A DNA stretch of 64,000 bases, taken from contig OX597823.1 of assembly GCA_951406725.2 (NCBI GenBank), positions 21,328,001 to 21,392,000 of the forward strand, written 5' to 3'. Of the stretch, positions 27,902 to 41,075 are shown in pieces (position 1 is the stretch's first letter; each line of letters begins with the position of its first letter). The notes under the pieces are model-generated. The model did not search any database. It saw nothing but the letters and a program-made list of their open reading frames with translations, and had not been told where the DNA came from. The stretch is from Octopus vulgaris. Lineage: Eukaryota. The translations under genes and the position numbers were made by a program.

Positions 27902-28352
27902 TGAAGTAATAATAAATCCTACACAATCTATGAGAAAACCAATCGTGATTAACTAAGAGAATGTAGTATACATTCCGCTATAGAATACAGTAGATCCGGG
28001 GTAGGGGCGAGGGAGATTTGTAGGAAGTTAGTTCATTGTGAATATAGTTGTTCCCGACTAGACTAGGACACTGAGTCATATTTTGTGTTTCACAAGAAAA
28101 GACTCGATGAAATATGTATGAGTGTAAGATATCACAATATAAATGCGTAAAAGCTTGTTTGTTGAGGAATGGAAAGAAACAACAGACTAATGGAGAACAA
28201 TAGAATGTTGTGTTTAAATCTTAGCATTTTGTTCTGAGTAAAATCAGTATTAGTAATATACCCAAGTGGGAATTTCATTGAATAAAAATGTAGAGTCCGA
28301 GAGAACTAGTGCCACTCTGCGTCGGTAAATAGATACACATTTTTCTATTTAG

Positions 28353-28450
28353 GAGAGGAGTTCGTCGGTTAGGTTCGATTATCTACATCAGTGGGATCAG
28401 GTCTGTAAAACGTATTTTTTGCGGGAGAAAAACCTGCCAGTTTCCCATGT
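28353..28450 (+). CDS. Candidate 98-nt internal exon
   Basis: Acceptor CATTTTTCTATTTAG| and donor |GTAAGT at 28451; phases 0 and 2 open, phase 1 closed. Confidence 0.3.
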
Positions 28451-28798
28451 GTAAGTTTCCATTTTTACACGCCACCCAAAGGAAAGGCTGCCGCTTTAAG
28501 GTCGAAACTGTTTGGAACCAGTATTGCACAAGCATATATGTCAGAATGCAAAGGGCTGAAAACAGAAACTGCAAGGCATCTTGTCCAATGTTCTGATAGT
28601 TTTGCCAAGCCACAGAACTGGATAAGCATATTCTTTTTATTAACCCCGAAAATATGAGAGGCAACGTTGAACAGGGCGGAATTTGAATTCAGAGTGCAGA
28701 GTCGGAATAAATACCGTGAAGCATTCTAGCCTATGTTCTAACGACTCGACCAATTCTCCATTTAAATCCTTTAAGAACTTCAATAAATGTAGTATGTA

Positions 28799-29023
28799 TT
28801 GGGTAGTTCGGAAAGTTCGTGCCAATTTATAGTAGCTTACCTTTCGACTTATTTTAGAACGTGGTTGAGTCCATAAAAAAGGATTTGACTACACCTCTAT
28901 TTAGAGCACAATTTCAGCTATTTTTTCATATTTCATATTTCGTTGATTAAAAATGTAATGGCAAGTATTTATTGACCTTTTTCTTTCCTTTAAAAATCGG
29001 CACGAACTTTCCGGACAACCCAA
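28799..29023. mobile_element. mariner-type MITE (~225 bp)
   Basis: ~30-bp TIRs TTGGGTAGTTCGGAAAGTTCGTGCCAATTT / AAATCGGCACGAACTTTCCGGACAACCCAA with TA on both sides. Confidence 0.85.
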
Positions 29024-29865
29024 TATTTTGGCGTGAAGAATAAAAGAAATCAAATGTTTCAAGCAGAACTCTTCGTCTGTGTCAAATTGCGCGAACCTTT
29101 AGTCTTGCATCACTGGTTGCCGATTTTAGAGAAATCTGTAAAAAGTCTGTTATTGTTTCCTTATTATTTCTTTTACGGAAGGTTTGGATGTGTTAGAATC
29201 GATGAGTCTATTTACATGTTGGCAGTCTGCTGTTATATAAACAAATGCGTTTTGGTCAAAGTCACATTGCAGCGCATGTATGAAGTAACAACATTATTAA
29301 ACTTTCTGTAGTTCTCCAGGATTTTTAGTTAATCAGCTCTTCTCACCTGCATTCGTTAGAGAAGAATTAGAATGTTGGGAAAACCCACACAAAAAAACTA
29401 AAGCATGGTAGGATAAAGAAAAATTAGATTATTTACTAAGATAAGACCTAAGTGCTGAGGAATAGCGTAGAGTTTATTGCTATCGATCAGTTTTATATCT
29501 TTACACCATCACATACCAACTTGGTATTCAGCAGGAAGATCAATAATATATGCATTTATTGATCCAGCCCACTCACACATATAAAAACACAGAGTAATCC
29601 TAACAAACTATAGTTATTTCTAGCAATTTCTTGCAATGATAGAATGACAACGTCTAGTACATTGCAGAAGAAAAACAATGAGACAATGTGAAATGGAAGC
29701 AGCAAGTAAACGGAGGTCATCTTTAGTAATCTCTAGTAAGGACTATGTTACGATGTCAAGCAGCTTCTGATATATATATGACTATACACAGTTGAAACAG
29801 CTACCAATATTTGTCCTAATGTAACCATCTCTAGCAATATCCAATAGTTGACTATTGTTCCTGTG

Positions 29866-29979
<114 letters not shown>

Positions 29980-30061
29980 ATTATTATTATTAATATTATT
30001 ATTATTATTATTAATAATATTATTATTATGTGTTATTATTATTATCATCATCGTCATCATC

Positions 30062-30122
<61 letters not shown>

Positions 30123-30124
30123 CA

Positions 30125-30720
30125 ACGAACTAAGTTGATACTTGTTTACTGGTCATGCTTCAAGAACCCTGCGAAGAATTCTTGAAGTTCCAAGCAATGC
30201 TGATTTTTGTAGGTGTTGTATCTTCACTCTTGCACCGATCTTTTTCAGCCATGCTGGTTGTTGAATGTTGATACTTCCAAGTGCGCCTGTTACTATTGAT
30301 GCCACATCTACTCTCTTCATTGACCACAACCTTCGTATTTCCCACTTTAAATCGTTATAGTACTTCAGTTTTTCTTCTTTCTCTTTGATCCTGTTGTCAC
30401 CAGAATACGTCGATTATCATGCATGTTTTTCTCTGTTTTCCCTAACGACAGTGTCCGGTTTCCGATGTCTGGTCAGGTGTTTTCACCGAAACATCCGACA
30501 GGATTTTGCAATTTTCTTTCTCAGTGACTCCTTCTGGGGTTTGTTCATACTACGTTTTTGCTCTTTGGATAATTCATAACACATTGTCACGTCCTTTGTA
30601 TTCGCGTTGTGCCAGATTTGGGTCTTCGCTAACGATGTGCCATACTGTTTCACCCTACATACCACACATTCTGCATTTGTCGCTGTCGGTAGTGTTGTCG
30701 ATTCTGTATTCGCCATTACT
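30125..30720 (-). mobile_element. Third R4/Dong-like RLE retrotransposon 3' fragment, degenerate
   Basis: Minus: CGM.GETVWHIVSE.PNLAQREYKGRDNV, HRKPDTVV, LQKSALLGTSRILRRVL; 3' end abuts (TAA)n at 29866-30120. Confidence 0.75.
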
Positions 30721-30731
30721 ATTGTTATTAT

Positions 30732-31247
30732 TGAATGAGAGAGCAGTGCATACCATCAACGTGACACTGAGTTAAAATATATGAAGCCTAATATACCCAT
30801 CATGACTAACCGTCTGATAAGGGTACACCGGTCACATGCCTCACAACCATATGTGCGTGACATGGCGATCTCATATCAAGATAAACAGCCCATGACATTG
30901 CAGGTGGGGCCCAGTTGAAAAGGTCCCTGAATAAGAATTGTTTCATAATGTTGGACAAAACACCTATGTTTCCAAATTGTTCAGACTGTAAAGAAATTTC
31001 TCTCAACACATGGCTGTGATGCCACCCCGCCTAATCACTTCTGCTCGTGATCAGAGATGTACATACCGTCAGCCACTAAGGGACATGCTCAGCTGGTTAA
31101 GGCCAAGCAATGGACAAGCAAATCTGTGGTATTGAGCAGAATATTTGCTGTAAGCTATCTTTTATACCCTGACAAAAGAATGTACATGATAACACTTCAA
31201 ATCAGTTAAGATCAGAAGCCACAAGTGCCACTGCCTGGTACTGCATC
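30732..31247 (-). mobile_element. Family C repeat, near full length
   Basis: Colinear with 5143-5543 plus 3840-4060. Confidence 0.8.
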
Positions 31248-31284
31248 TTGTTGTTGTTGCTGTTGTTGTTGTTGTTGTCGTCGT

Positions 31285-31321
<37 letters not shown>

Positions 31322-31470
31322 CTTCTTCTTCTTCTTCTTCTTCTTCTTCTTCTCCTCCTTCTTCTTCTTCTTCTTCTTATTATTATTGTTGTTGTTGTTG
31401 TTGTTATTTTAATTTTTATTATTTAAGGCGGCGAGCTGGCAGAATCGTTAGCGCGCCGGACGAAATCCTT

Positions 31471-31610
31471 AGCAAATATGTGGTACTGAGCAGAATATTT
31501 GTAGTCGCCCGTCTTTTACACCAAGACAAATCAAGTAGATGATAATACTTCCAATCAGTTTAAGGTCAGAAGCCATGAGAGTCCGTACCTGGTACTGCAT
31601 CAGGGCATTT
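31471..31610 (-). mobile_element. Family C fragment joined to a SINE B head (31426-31470)
   Basis: GCAAAT.TGTGGTA.TGAGCAGAATATTTG...TGGTACTGCATCAGGGCATTT. Confidence 0.7.
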
Positions 31611-31796
31611 TTTATTTCTATTATTGGTGTTGTTGTTTTTGTTTTTGTTGTTGTTCCAGGATAGCATCTAGCAACTTCGAGCAATAATTATGTGAAAATG
31701 TCTATTGATCTTCTTATAACGAGGCATTGTCTTATAATTTGTAGCAATGTTAAATACTGACCGGAAATATGACGTACAAATATATGATATATATAT

Positions 31797-32205
31797 AGGC
31801 GCAGGAGTGGCTGTGTGGTAAGTAGCTTGCTAACCAACCACATGGTTCCGGGTTCAGTCCCACTGCGTGGCATCTTGGGCAAATGTCTTCTGCTATAGCC
31901 CCGGGCCGACCAATGCCTTGTGAGTGGATTTGGTAGACGGAAACTGAAAGAAGCCTGTCGTATATATGTATATATATGTATATGTGTGTGTATATTTGTT
32001 TGTGTGTGTGTGTTTGTCCCCCTAGCATTGCTTGACAACCGATGCTGGTGTGTTTACGTCCCCGTTACTTAGCGGTTCGGCAAAAGAGACCGATAGAATA
32101 AGTACTGGGCTTACAAAGAATAAGTCCCGGGGTCGATTTGCTCGACTAAAGGTGGTGCTCCAGCATGGCCGCAGTCGGGTGGCTGAAACAAGTGAAAAAG
32201 AGAAA
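31797..32205 (+). mobile_element. SINE family A, full length
   Basis: High identity to 12777-13200. Confidence 0.9.
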
Positions 32206-32391
32206 GATATATATATATATATATATATTATTAGTGAATGGAAGAAATGGAGTTGAACGAAGATTGTACAGAATTCCTTTTATTACATTCTACACATGTT
32301 TCAAAGGCCACAAATGTCCAAATTCTGATTAAATAAGGGTACCATATTGTGGCTTGAATAATCTGTAACAAGAAAATTCATCTTTCTATTT

Positions 32392-32446
<55 letters not shown>

Positions 32447-32447
<1 letters not shown>

Positions 32448-32612
32448 GGCGTAAGAGTGGCTGTGAGGTAAGTAGATTACTTACCAACCACATGGTTCCG
32501 GATTCAGTCCTACTGCGTGGCTCCTTGGACAAGTGTCTTCTACTACAGCCTCGGGTCGACTAAAGCCTTGTGAGTGGATTTGGTAGACGGAAACTGAAAC
32601 AAGCCCGTCGTA

Positions 32613-32709
<97 letters not shown>

Positions 32710-32884
32710 TTGTGTGTCTGTATCACCCCACCCAACATCGCTTTGCGGTTCGGCAAAAGAGACCGATAGAATAAGTACTGGGCTTACAAATAATAAGTGC
32801 TGGGGGTCGATTTGCTGGACTAAAGGCGGTGCTCCACAGTCAAATCACTGAAACAAGTAAAAGAGTAAAAGAGGGTAAAAGAGT
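32447..32884 (+). mobile_element. SINE family A (small internal deletion)
   Basis: High identity to 31797-32205. Confidence 0.9.
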
Positions 32885-33297
32885 ATAGCAATTACTATTA
32901 GACTGTGTCATAATGTAGGATAAAACATATTTCCATGTGTTAGACATATCTTCCTTAGAAAGCATTCAAAGGGCTCCTCCAGCTTGTCTTCGTGTATGTT
33001 TGACAAGGTGACCAGACCTGCTAACGACCGACTAAGAATGTATTGCAATTTTTAGTGAACAGTGTAACAACAACTTGCCACTAGGATGTAGACAACGCTT
33101 TGCATTTTCTCGCAAAAGCCATGTAAAGGTAACCAGTAATCTGAAGCAATCTTCAGCAATTTCTATGTAGCAACATTAAAACTTTCAGCAATGACAGTTC
33201 AGAAAAAGAATGCGTTTAAAGGGAGTATGATTTACAGCATTCCTTTTGGTTGCTGCCGCTGATACTGTTGTCGCTGTTGTTGCTTTTGTTGTTGTTG

Positions 33298-33329
<32 letters not shown>

Positions 33330-33439
33330 GGTGGTGGTGGTGGTGGTGGTGGTGGTATATAGGCACAGGTCGGCTGAAACTGAGCAGGCTTATGAGCAAA
33401 AGCATTCTAACCCTAAATATGCAACCAGTGGATTTGTAT

Positions 33440-33743
33440 ACACATGGTTCAGTCATTACAGCGTAGAGCTTACAATTGTGAGGTTGAGAAGTTCGATTCC
33501 TGGGCCGGATTGTGTGTTGTGTTCTTGAGCAAGACAAACTTAATTTACGTTGCTCAAGTTTATTCAGATGTAGAAATGAGTTGCAACGTCACTGGTGCCA
33601 AGCTGCTTCTGCTCCTTTGCTTTTCCCTTGGACAAATTCGGTAGCGTCGAGAGGAGAAACTGATGCTTTTCCACAAAAAGCATCAGAACTTTCTACATGC
33701 AGTCCCATGGTCATACATGACTAAAAGGGGTCTTTAGCCTTTA
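33440..33743 (+). mobile_element. tRNA-derived CORE-like SINE family E
   Basis: GTTCGATTCC B box, CTTGAGCAAGACA..TT..TTTACGTTGCTC core; homolog on the minus strand at 56205-56548. Confidence 0.7.
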
Positions 33744-33793
33744 TATATATATATATATTTATATAACACACGGCAGCGACCCTCTGTATATTT

Positions 33794-33795
<2 letters not shown>

Positions 33796-33863
<68 letters not shown>

Positions 33864-33881
33864 GATGGATGGATGATAGAT

Positions 33882-33964
<83 letters not shown>

Positions 33965-34013
33965 GGATGGATGGATGGATCGATGGATGGATGGATGGAT
34001 GGATGGATGGATG

Positions 34014-34095
<82 letters not shown>

Positions 34096-34103
34096 CAGAC
34101 ATA
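33796..34103. repeat. (GATA)n/(GATG)n tetranucleotide microsatellite
   Basis: Direct reading. Confidence 0.95.
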
Positions 34104-34243
34104 GACAATACTGAATGAAGTATTAACTCTCTTACAATTTTATAATATTTTATGGACTAAAAAGTCTATTACAATTAAAAACAATTTAATAAGGCGATAA
34201 GCCTATTACATATATGAGTCCTTAATAAACTTTCTTACCTCCT

Positions 34244-35705
34244 ACAGGTATTCCAGCAGCCGCAAGTTGGGGGCCCATACACAAGATCGAAGGGAGGGTG
34301 GAGTTCCTCCGCAATGTTCGGAAGTCCCTCCTTCCCTCCCGCCGCCTCAGGATCTATTGGTGGGCAACCATTTTTGCTCATCTTCTTTCATTTTTTCCTT
34401 TTGTTTTCGAGTCGGTTACCTTCTCCTCGACTTTCTCTACCCGTCCCTCCGTTAGAGATTCAGGAGCCTCTCTTGGGTGGGGACAGGGAGATCTTCTATT
34501 AACTGCTCCAGTACCCTTGCTTGGTTCTTGGAGCAGTTCTTCTTTATGTGACCCGATTCCATGTACAGGTGACACTTGGGGGCGTCCTCCAGAATCACCG
34601 GATACCTAGAACCGGCCATCTTTAGGAAATCTAGAAAAACTAGATCTTTGGCTGATTGGGTCCATAGGGTCAAAATTGCTTTCGACCCCACCCAATTAGC
34701 CACAGGAAGCATTTTAACATTTAAGAGCCTGGCTCCGCTGCCACCCAGACCTCGGCGGATAGTGTCCTCTATCTACTCGGGCTCTATTCCGGGTGGCAGC
34801 CTACTCACCCAAGCTCTTGTCAATTTCCTCCCGCGATATGTGGGAAGAAATAATAATTTTTCCCTCTCCACAGCCTGACTTGCGAAAATGCGAGTCTCCT
34901 CAGGGGTGTTAAATATCAACCACACTGTTGCAAATTTGACACTCCTTGCAATAAACTTGATAGTTGGCAGGTATTCTGCCAACTCTTTCTCTATCTCGAC
35001 TTGAGGGAACACAGTGATGATGTTCAAGGGACTTGGAATATATCCTGAACACCACCATTCTCTCATTAAGGTCCTTTATCTATTGCTTAGGGGGTAAAAT
35101 TTCCCACTCCAGTACAGTGATTTTCTTTGTTGCCATGCTTGCAAAAACAAAGAAAGAAAAAGTGTTCAACACAAAGTTCAAATATTTCAAATAAAAGTTC
35201 AATAAAAAACACAAAAAACGAACAGAAAGACAGAGCAGAGAAAAAGAACGAAGGAAGACAGTTCAATTCACGGCAACACAATTCCGCCACTCCGGTAATC
35301 CTGGTCTATAAGTAATCCACAATTATACAGGTACTCCAGTTCACCGTCGCAGCACAAAAATTCATTCTTGCTGTCCTCGTACTCCTCGCTGTGGTAAATC
35401 CAATGGAACTTCCAGGGCACGAACACAGTCACGCAAACACAATTTTCACCCAAAACAATTTGCGGAAGGAATACGCCTCCTCAAAAACACAATTCTCACT
35501 GCAAAGTGATTGTTTTCGCACGACCACAGGCAAGCAAATGCCTGGAACATAGTGGAGACTGTTGCTCAGCAAAAATTATTAATTAAAGAGCAACAAACTC
35601 CACTAAACCCCCCAAAATAAAACAATCGCCTATCTGTAGTCGTGCTTCAAACGTTCAATATTTCTCGTCGAAAGACGTGACTTCCAAGCAGAACGAACTT
35701 TTCTG
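34244..35705 (-). mobile_element. Tx1/L1-like non-LTR element 5' region and ORF1 (gag-like), pseudogenised
   Basis: Minus ORFs 34773-35066, 34452-34712 and 34378-34575 join into an RRM-like region plus a degenerate knuckle (KCHLYMESGHIKKNC); one stop, one frameshift. Confidence 0.6.
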
Positions 35706-36119
35706 TAGTACGGTAAGCAAACTACTTACCACACAGCCACGCCTGCGCCATGAAAAAAAAGTATCCATTTTTAAAAGTAAACAATTACTAATTATATAAA
35801 AATGTATAAACGGAGCATATTAAAATTAACCTCTCATTAGGTCTGTGTTAATCTGCTTTTTTTTAAAGATTTTTTTTACATAATTAATAATTATTAATTT
35901 AAGAAGACTTATTTTCAAATATTGTATCTCTGTTGAATCTTTTATGCTTTCTCTTCACTTGTACCAGTAATTGGACTACGATCATACTGCAGGACAGCTA
36001 TGGAGAGCTTTGAGTGAGCAGACTGACTACGATATTTATTTTGATGTCTGGCGCTCATTCTATCATTTTCTTTCGTCGAACCGTTAAGATACGGGGGCCG
36101 AAACAAGCCAATTCAGGAC

Positions 36120-36432
36120 ACGTGCCTTAGGGGTTACGGTAATGGACTTGCGATGGTACCGTTGTGAGCTCAATTCTCAGCGGCGCGTTGTGTCCTTGAG
36201 AAAGACACTTTATTTCACGTTGCTCCACTCCACTCAGCTGGCAAAAATGAGTTGTTTCTGTATTTCAAAGAGCCTTCCTTGTCACATTCTCTGTCACGCT
36301 CGATTTCCCTGAGAACTAGGTTAAGTGTATGCGTATCTGTGGAGTGCTCAGCCATTTACACGTTAATTACACGAGCAAGCTGTGCCGTTGGTCAGATCAA
36401 CTGGAACTCTCGTTGTTAAACTGACGGAGTGT
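36120..36432 (+). mobile_element. tRNA-derived CORE-like SINE family F
   Basis: GTCCTTGAG.AAGACACTTTATTTCACGTTGCTCCA core; homolog on the minus strand at 53245-53550, tail piece at 38635-38686. Confidence 0.7.
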
Positions 36433-36442
36433 TAGTGGCATG

Positions 36443-36509
<67 letters not shown>

Positions 36510-36686
36510 TTAGATCTCTCCCCTCCAACCTTGTTTGAACCCTTGAACTTTCTAGAATCTCCTACATTCAACCATTTTTAACGTCAATGCTTATAACGGA
36601 ATATTTTAAAGAAACATTCATTATCGCTATGGACTCCGTGTGGGCAGTCATCTAAGAGTTTTTGTTCATCTTGATGCTGACATAAT

Positions 36687-36786
36687 TTCCTTGTTTTTCC
36701 TGATGAGAAGGCGGCATAATGCACCCCTTATTCCTTCGAAATTAGGAATATGCCGCCTTCGAAACATATGTCGAGAATAAAGGAAT
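36687..36786 (+). ncRNA. Type I hammerhead ribozyme, apparently intact
   Basis: CTGATGA (36700-36706); 12-bp perfect stem II GAAGGCGGCATA/TATGCCGCCTTC; GAAA (36761-36764); palindromic stem III ACATATGT; GUC site (36772); stem I TTTTC/GAGAA extendable to TTCC/GGAA. Confidence 0.85.
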
Positions 36787-37308
36787 TTTGTTAAATCGTC
36801 GTTCAACTCCATTCTTTCGTTTATTTGTATTAAAAAAACGTACAAATTTCCACACGAAAGCACGTGATCTCTGCCCTTGGCATGTAGCTTCAATCGTGTT
36901 TTTCTGACGTGAATTTGCTACCCAGGTATCGGTTAACCGAATTATCCATACTAAAATAATTCATTCAACTACTTATATATATAAATGTGTGCGTCAGTGT
37001 GTGGGTGTGTGTGCGTGTGTGTGTATAAAGGTTGAATTATATTTCATCTTTTACTTTGGAGGGTTCCCAAAAGCAATTTCTAACAAAGATTCTTGATATT
37101 TTGCAGGAAGTTAGATGTTAACATCTCTCCTCCATTTTTAATAAATTTAAAATTTATTGTGTTCTGTGGGATACCTTTCCATAAATTCTCATAACACACC
37201 ATATACAAGTAATATATAAGTCCCATGGTCATATATGACTAAAAGGGGTCTTTAGCCTTTATATATATATATATATATTTATATAACACACGGCAGCGTC
37301 CCTCTGTA

Positions 37309-37354
<46 letters not shown>

Positions 37355-37356
37355 TC

Positions 37357-37399
<43 letters not shown>

Positions 37400-37400
37400 T

Positions 37401-37478
<78 letters not shown>

Positions 37479-37480
37479 CA

Positions 37481-37511
<31 letters not shown>

Positions 37512-38296
37512 GACTGGCTTCCGTCTACTAACTCCTTTCACGAGGTATCGGCTGATCTAGGTTATTCAGGAAGACGCCCAGTGTCTTGCTGTGGAACTGA
37601 AATCGAAAACAGGTTTCTTAATCACTAAGCCATACTTGCATATCAAAAAAATTTTCCTACAACAATTTTAAATATATGTGGTGAGGCGGGAGAGGCGACG
37701 ATAACAAGACATAAATACATAAACAATGAGATACATTGCTCGATGGAAACGAAATCCGATGTATAAAACATTGATCTGTTACTCGATCCAGTTAAATCTG
37801 TTATATAGTTCTTCCATTACTTTATCGTTTATCGTATATCAAATTCTGTAGGAGTGCATCCCACATAAATCCGTGTTTGATTCTGTTTCACTGTACAATA
37901 CTGCATCATGTTTCAAAATTTGGCATCATCTTCCAATGCACTACACAATATATTGGTTCCTTTCCTCTACTTATAAGTCATCTCTCTGATTTATAACCAA
38001 AGTAGTAAAATATAAAGCACAAATAAATGCTGTGACGTATATGGACGTTTTCCCAAAGCATAACTGAAGCGATACGGTTTCTTCCGGGAAGTGAGCCTCC
38101 GCTGCTCGACACGAGTCGTCTGTGGCTCACGAACTTTTCGTGGTTCACAAGAACATAAGTATTGATTTTTAACGTAGTCAAACAGTTTTGGGGACGGCAT
38201 ATTCCGTAAATTTGATCCCAGTTGTATATTTCCATTCTTTTACACACACATATTTCTATTCTTTGTGTGTGTATATACATATTTGTGTATGTGTTG

Positions 38297-38339
<43 letters not shown>

Positions 38340-39184
38340 ATGTATATATGTATGTATATATATGTATATATGTATATATATGTGTATATATATATGTATT
38401 TATACATTTACATGTACATGTATATACATACATACTTCTACATATTTATATATACATATATAAATATATAGATATACATATTTATATATATACATGTACT
38501 TATATATATATATTTATGTATACGTATATATATGTACATGTATATATATATGCACATGTATCCATATACATATATACATATATTTATGCATATATATATA
38601 TATATACATATATTTATATATATGTATATATATACGTTGTTCCTTTCATCGGATCGACTGGAACAATCCTCATCGTAACCGACGAAGAATCTTTTCATAT
38701 TCTGTTATGTGCGTATGCATATATGTTGCATGTTTGTGCGCTCTGTTTTGTATGTGTGTATGTTGTGTTGTGTTGTGTTGAATGTGTGTGTATGTGAGTG
38801 TGTTTGTGTACGTGTGTGTGTGTGTGTGTGTGTATGCACATATATTTATTGCATATACAACGCATTTACACTTGGCTCTCGTTTTCAGCCTCTCCACCTA
38901 CTGCTCACGTTGGCGCTGAAGTAGGCTTTGACATTTTCGTCTGGATATATCTTGAAGAGCAAAAAAATTTTCATGATGAAATGAAAATATACATGCAAAA
39001 AGAAAAACAAAGAAAAATTAAATGAAATTCAAATTCTCAAATGAAACTTTCAATCCATTATCTGGTTAAGAATGTTTGCTATTTTGATAAAAATTTCCAG
39101 GAATTTGAAATTTCATTTGCCTACTTATATTTTATACATACTTATATACACATACGTGCGAATGATTATATATATGTGTGTCTG

Positions 39185-39242
<58 letters not shown>

Positions 39243-39559
39243 TAGTATGCCTATATAAATGTATATATATATATATATATACGTAAATATATATGTTCAT
39301 ATAAATTTATGTATGTCTCTCTCTCTCTCTCTCTATGTATGTGTGTGTGTATGTATGTATATATACTTATACATACATGCATATATTGATGTTTGCTTTT
39401 CTGTTACATAAAAACAATTTATCATTAAACTGAAGAATTTTTGTACAAAAAGTGGAATGACAGTCACTTCGAAGTTTCAGCCAGTGATCAAGCTTTAATC
39501 CTGTTTATTTGTGGTTTTTCATATTGTTTTCATATTTTTTTATTTGTTAATTAATGATT

Positions 39560-40480
39560 CTAAATTGAATTATTCTCGATCGTTTGAAGACATTCCTGGC
39601 CTCACCATCAGAATGAAATGATTGTTATAACTGTATGCTGTTACCGGTTTTGCCGCATATCGCAAAGGATTATAGTAGTACTGATGTAACTGATAAAGTG
39701 TCTACGATATAAAACTCATAGAACGGCAAAGATGTGGCGGGATCCTGATTTACTTCTCATGTGTGTTATATATGTGTGTTAAGTCTTGGTTCGCAAGTTA
39801 AACTTCCCTAAAAAATTCTTCAAATGTTCTTTTTGATATGGAATCATATACAAAATTTTAGAGTTAATAACTGTCTTTGTATGTAATTATATTTCATGTC
39901 CTGTATAAGGGATTTCAATAGCTCTTTGATGTAAGTGCATGGTCAACCAACGAGAAAGCGTCGTAATTGTGTGCCCAATTTTCACACTGAATTTTCCTAT
40001 TTACGTCGCAATTTATATATTTCATTGGTTATTTGAAATATCTTCTGGATTTACACATTAATGGATTTACACTCAGACGGAGGTTATGACTTTAGTGTTT
40101 TTTATAACATACCCGAGCTATATATTCGATTTTAGGTATGAATGCGGATGTGTTATCTTTCACCTTTTTCTTTCTTTTTTTTTCAATAACATATTCTTCC
40201 ATTCTTTCACCAGAGACTTTTCGTTCTTGCAGTATACAATGTATGTTGATTATGTACTTGTAATGGTTATTGCATCCGTTGATGGAATTGGTTTTTGTAA
40301 CGTAAAGTATATGTTATTAAGTAATGTTTATTTAACGTGTATAATTTTCTTACTTAAAATTACTTTAGTGGATAAAAATTTTAAAGCTTGTATAAGGAGG
40401 TATTTATATTTTCAATACATGGGGACGCCCACTATCACTGCGCATATTTATGTTATATTTGTTCGTATCGAGTGAGACGT
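39560..40480. mobile_element. Very degenerate Penelope-like RT/GIY-YIG remnants
   Basis: Plus LLKITLVDKNF...QYMGTPTITAHIY resembles the PLE RT G..MGTP..ANI motif; minus ICGKTGNS is weakly GIY-YIG-like. Confidence 0.35.
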
Positions 40481-40706
40481 TGTATGTAATGTTTCTTATT
40501 TTCATTTTAATATAAGAATTTGCTGGAGACATGACCAAGAGATATGAATTTATAATATGTAACGACGTAAAATGACCGAGCGTAGGCTCGAGGGGTTTCT
40601 CTTATTACTCTTATTACTCGGTGATATTTCTTAGTGATACATCCCAAACTAAATATAAAAGACTAATAAAGAAATTGCGAAAAAAAAATGTTTAAGAAAG
40701 ATATAT

Positions 40707-41075
40707 AGTAGCTTGTTTACCAACCACATGGTTCCGGGTTCAATCCCACTGCGTGGCACCTTGGGAAAGTGTCTTCTACTATAGCCTCGGGCCGACCAAA
40801 GCCTTGTGAGTGGATTTGGTAGACGGAAACTGAAAGAAGCCCGTCGTATATATGTATATATATGTATGCGTGTCTATGTTTGTGTGTCTGTGTTTGTCTC
40901 CCTAGCATTGCTTGACAGCCGATGTGTTTATGTCCCCGTAACTTAGCGGTTCGGCAAAAGAGATCGATAGAATAAGTACTGGGCTTACAAAAGAATTAGT
41001 CCCGGGGTCGAGTTGCTCGATTAAAGGCGGTGCTCCAGCATGGCCGCAGTCAAATGACTGAAACAAGTAAAAAGC
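40707..41075 (+). mobile_element. SINE family A, slightly 5'-truncated
   Basis: High identity to other family A copies. Confidence 0.9.

Noticed and set aside
36666-36893. 75-aa minus-strand ORF
   Set aside because: Antisense to the hammerhead ribozyme; no coding features
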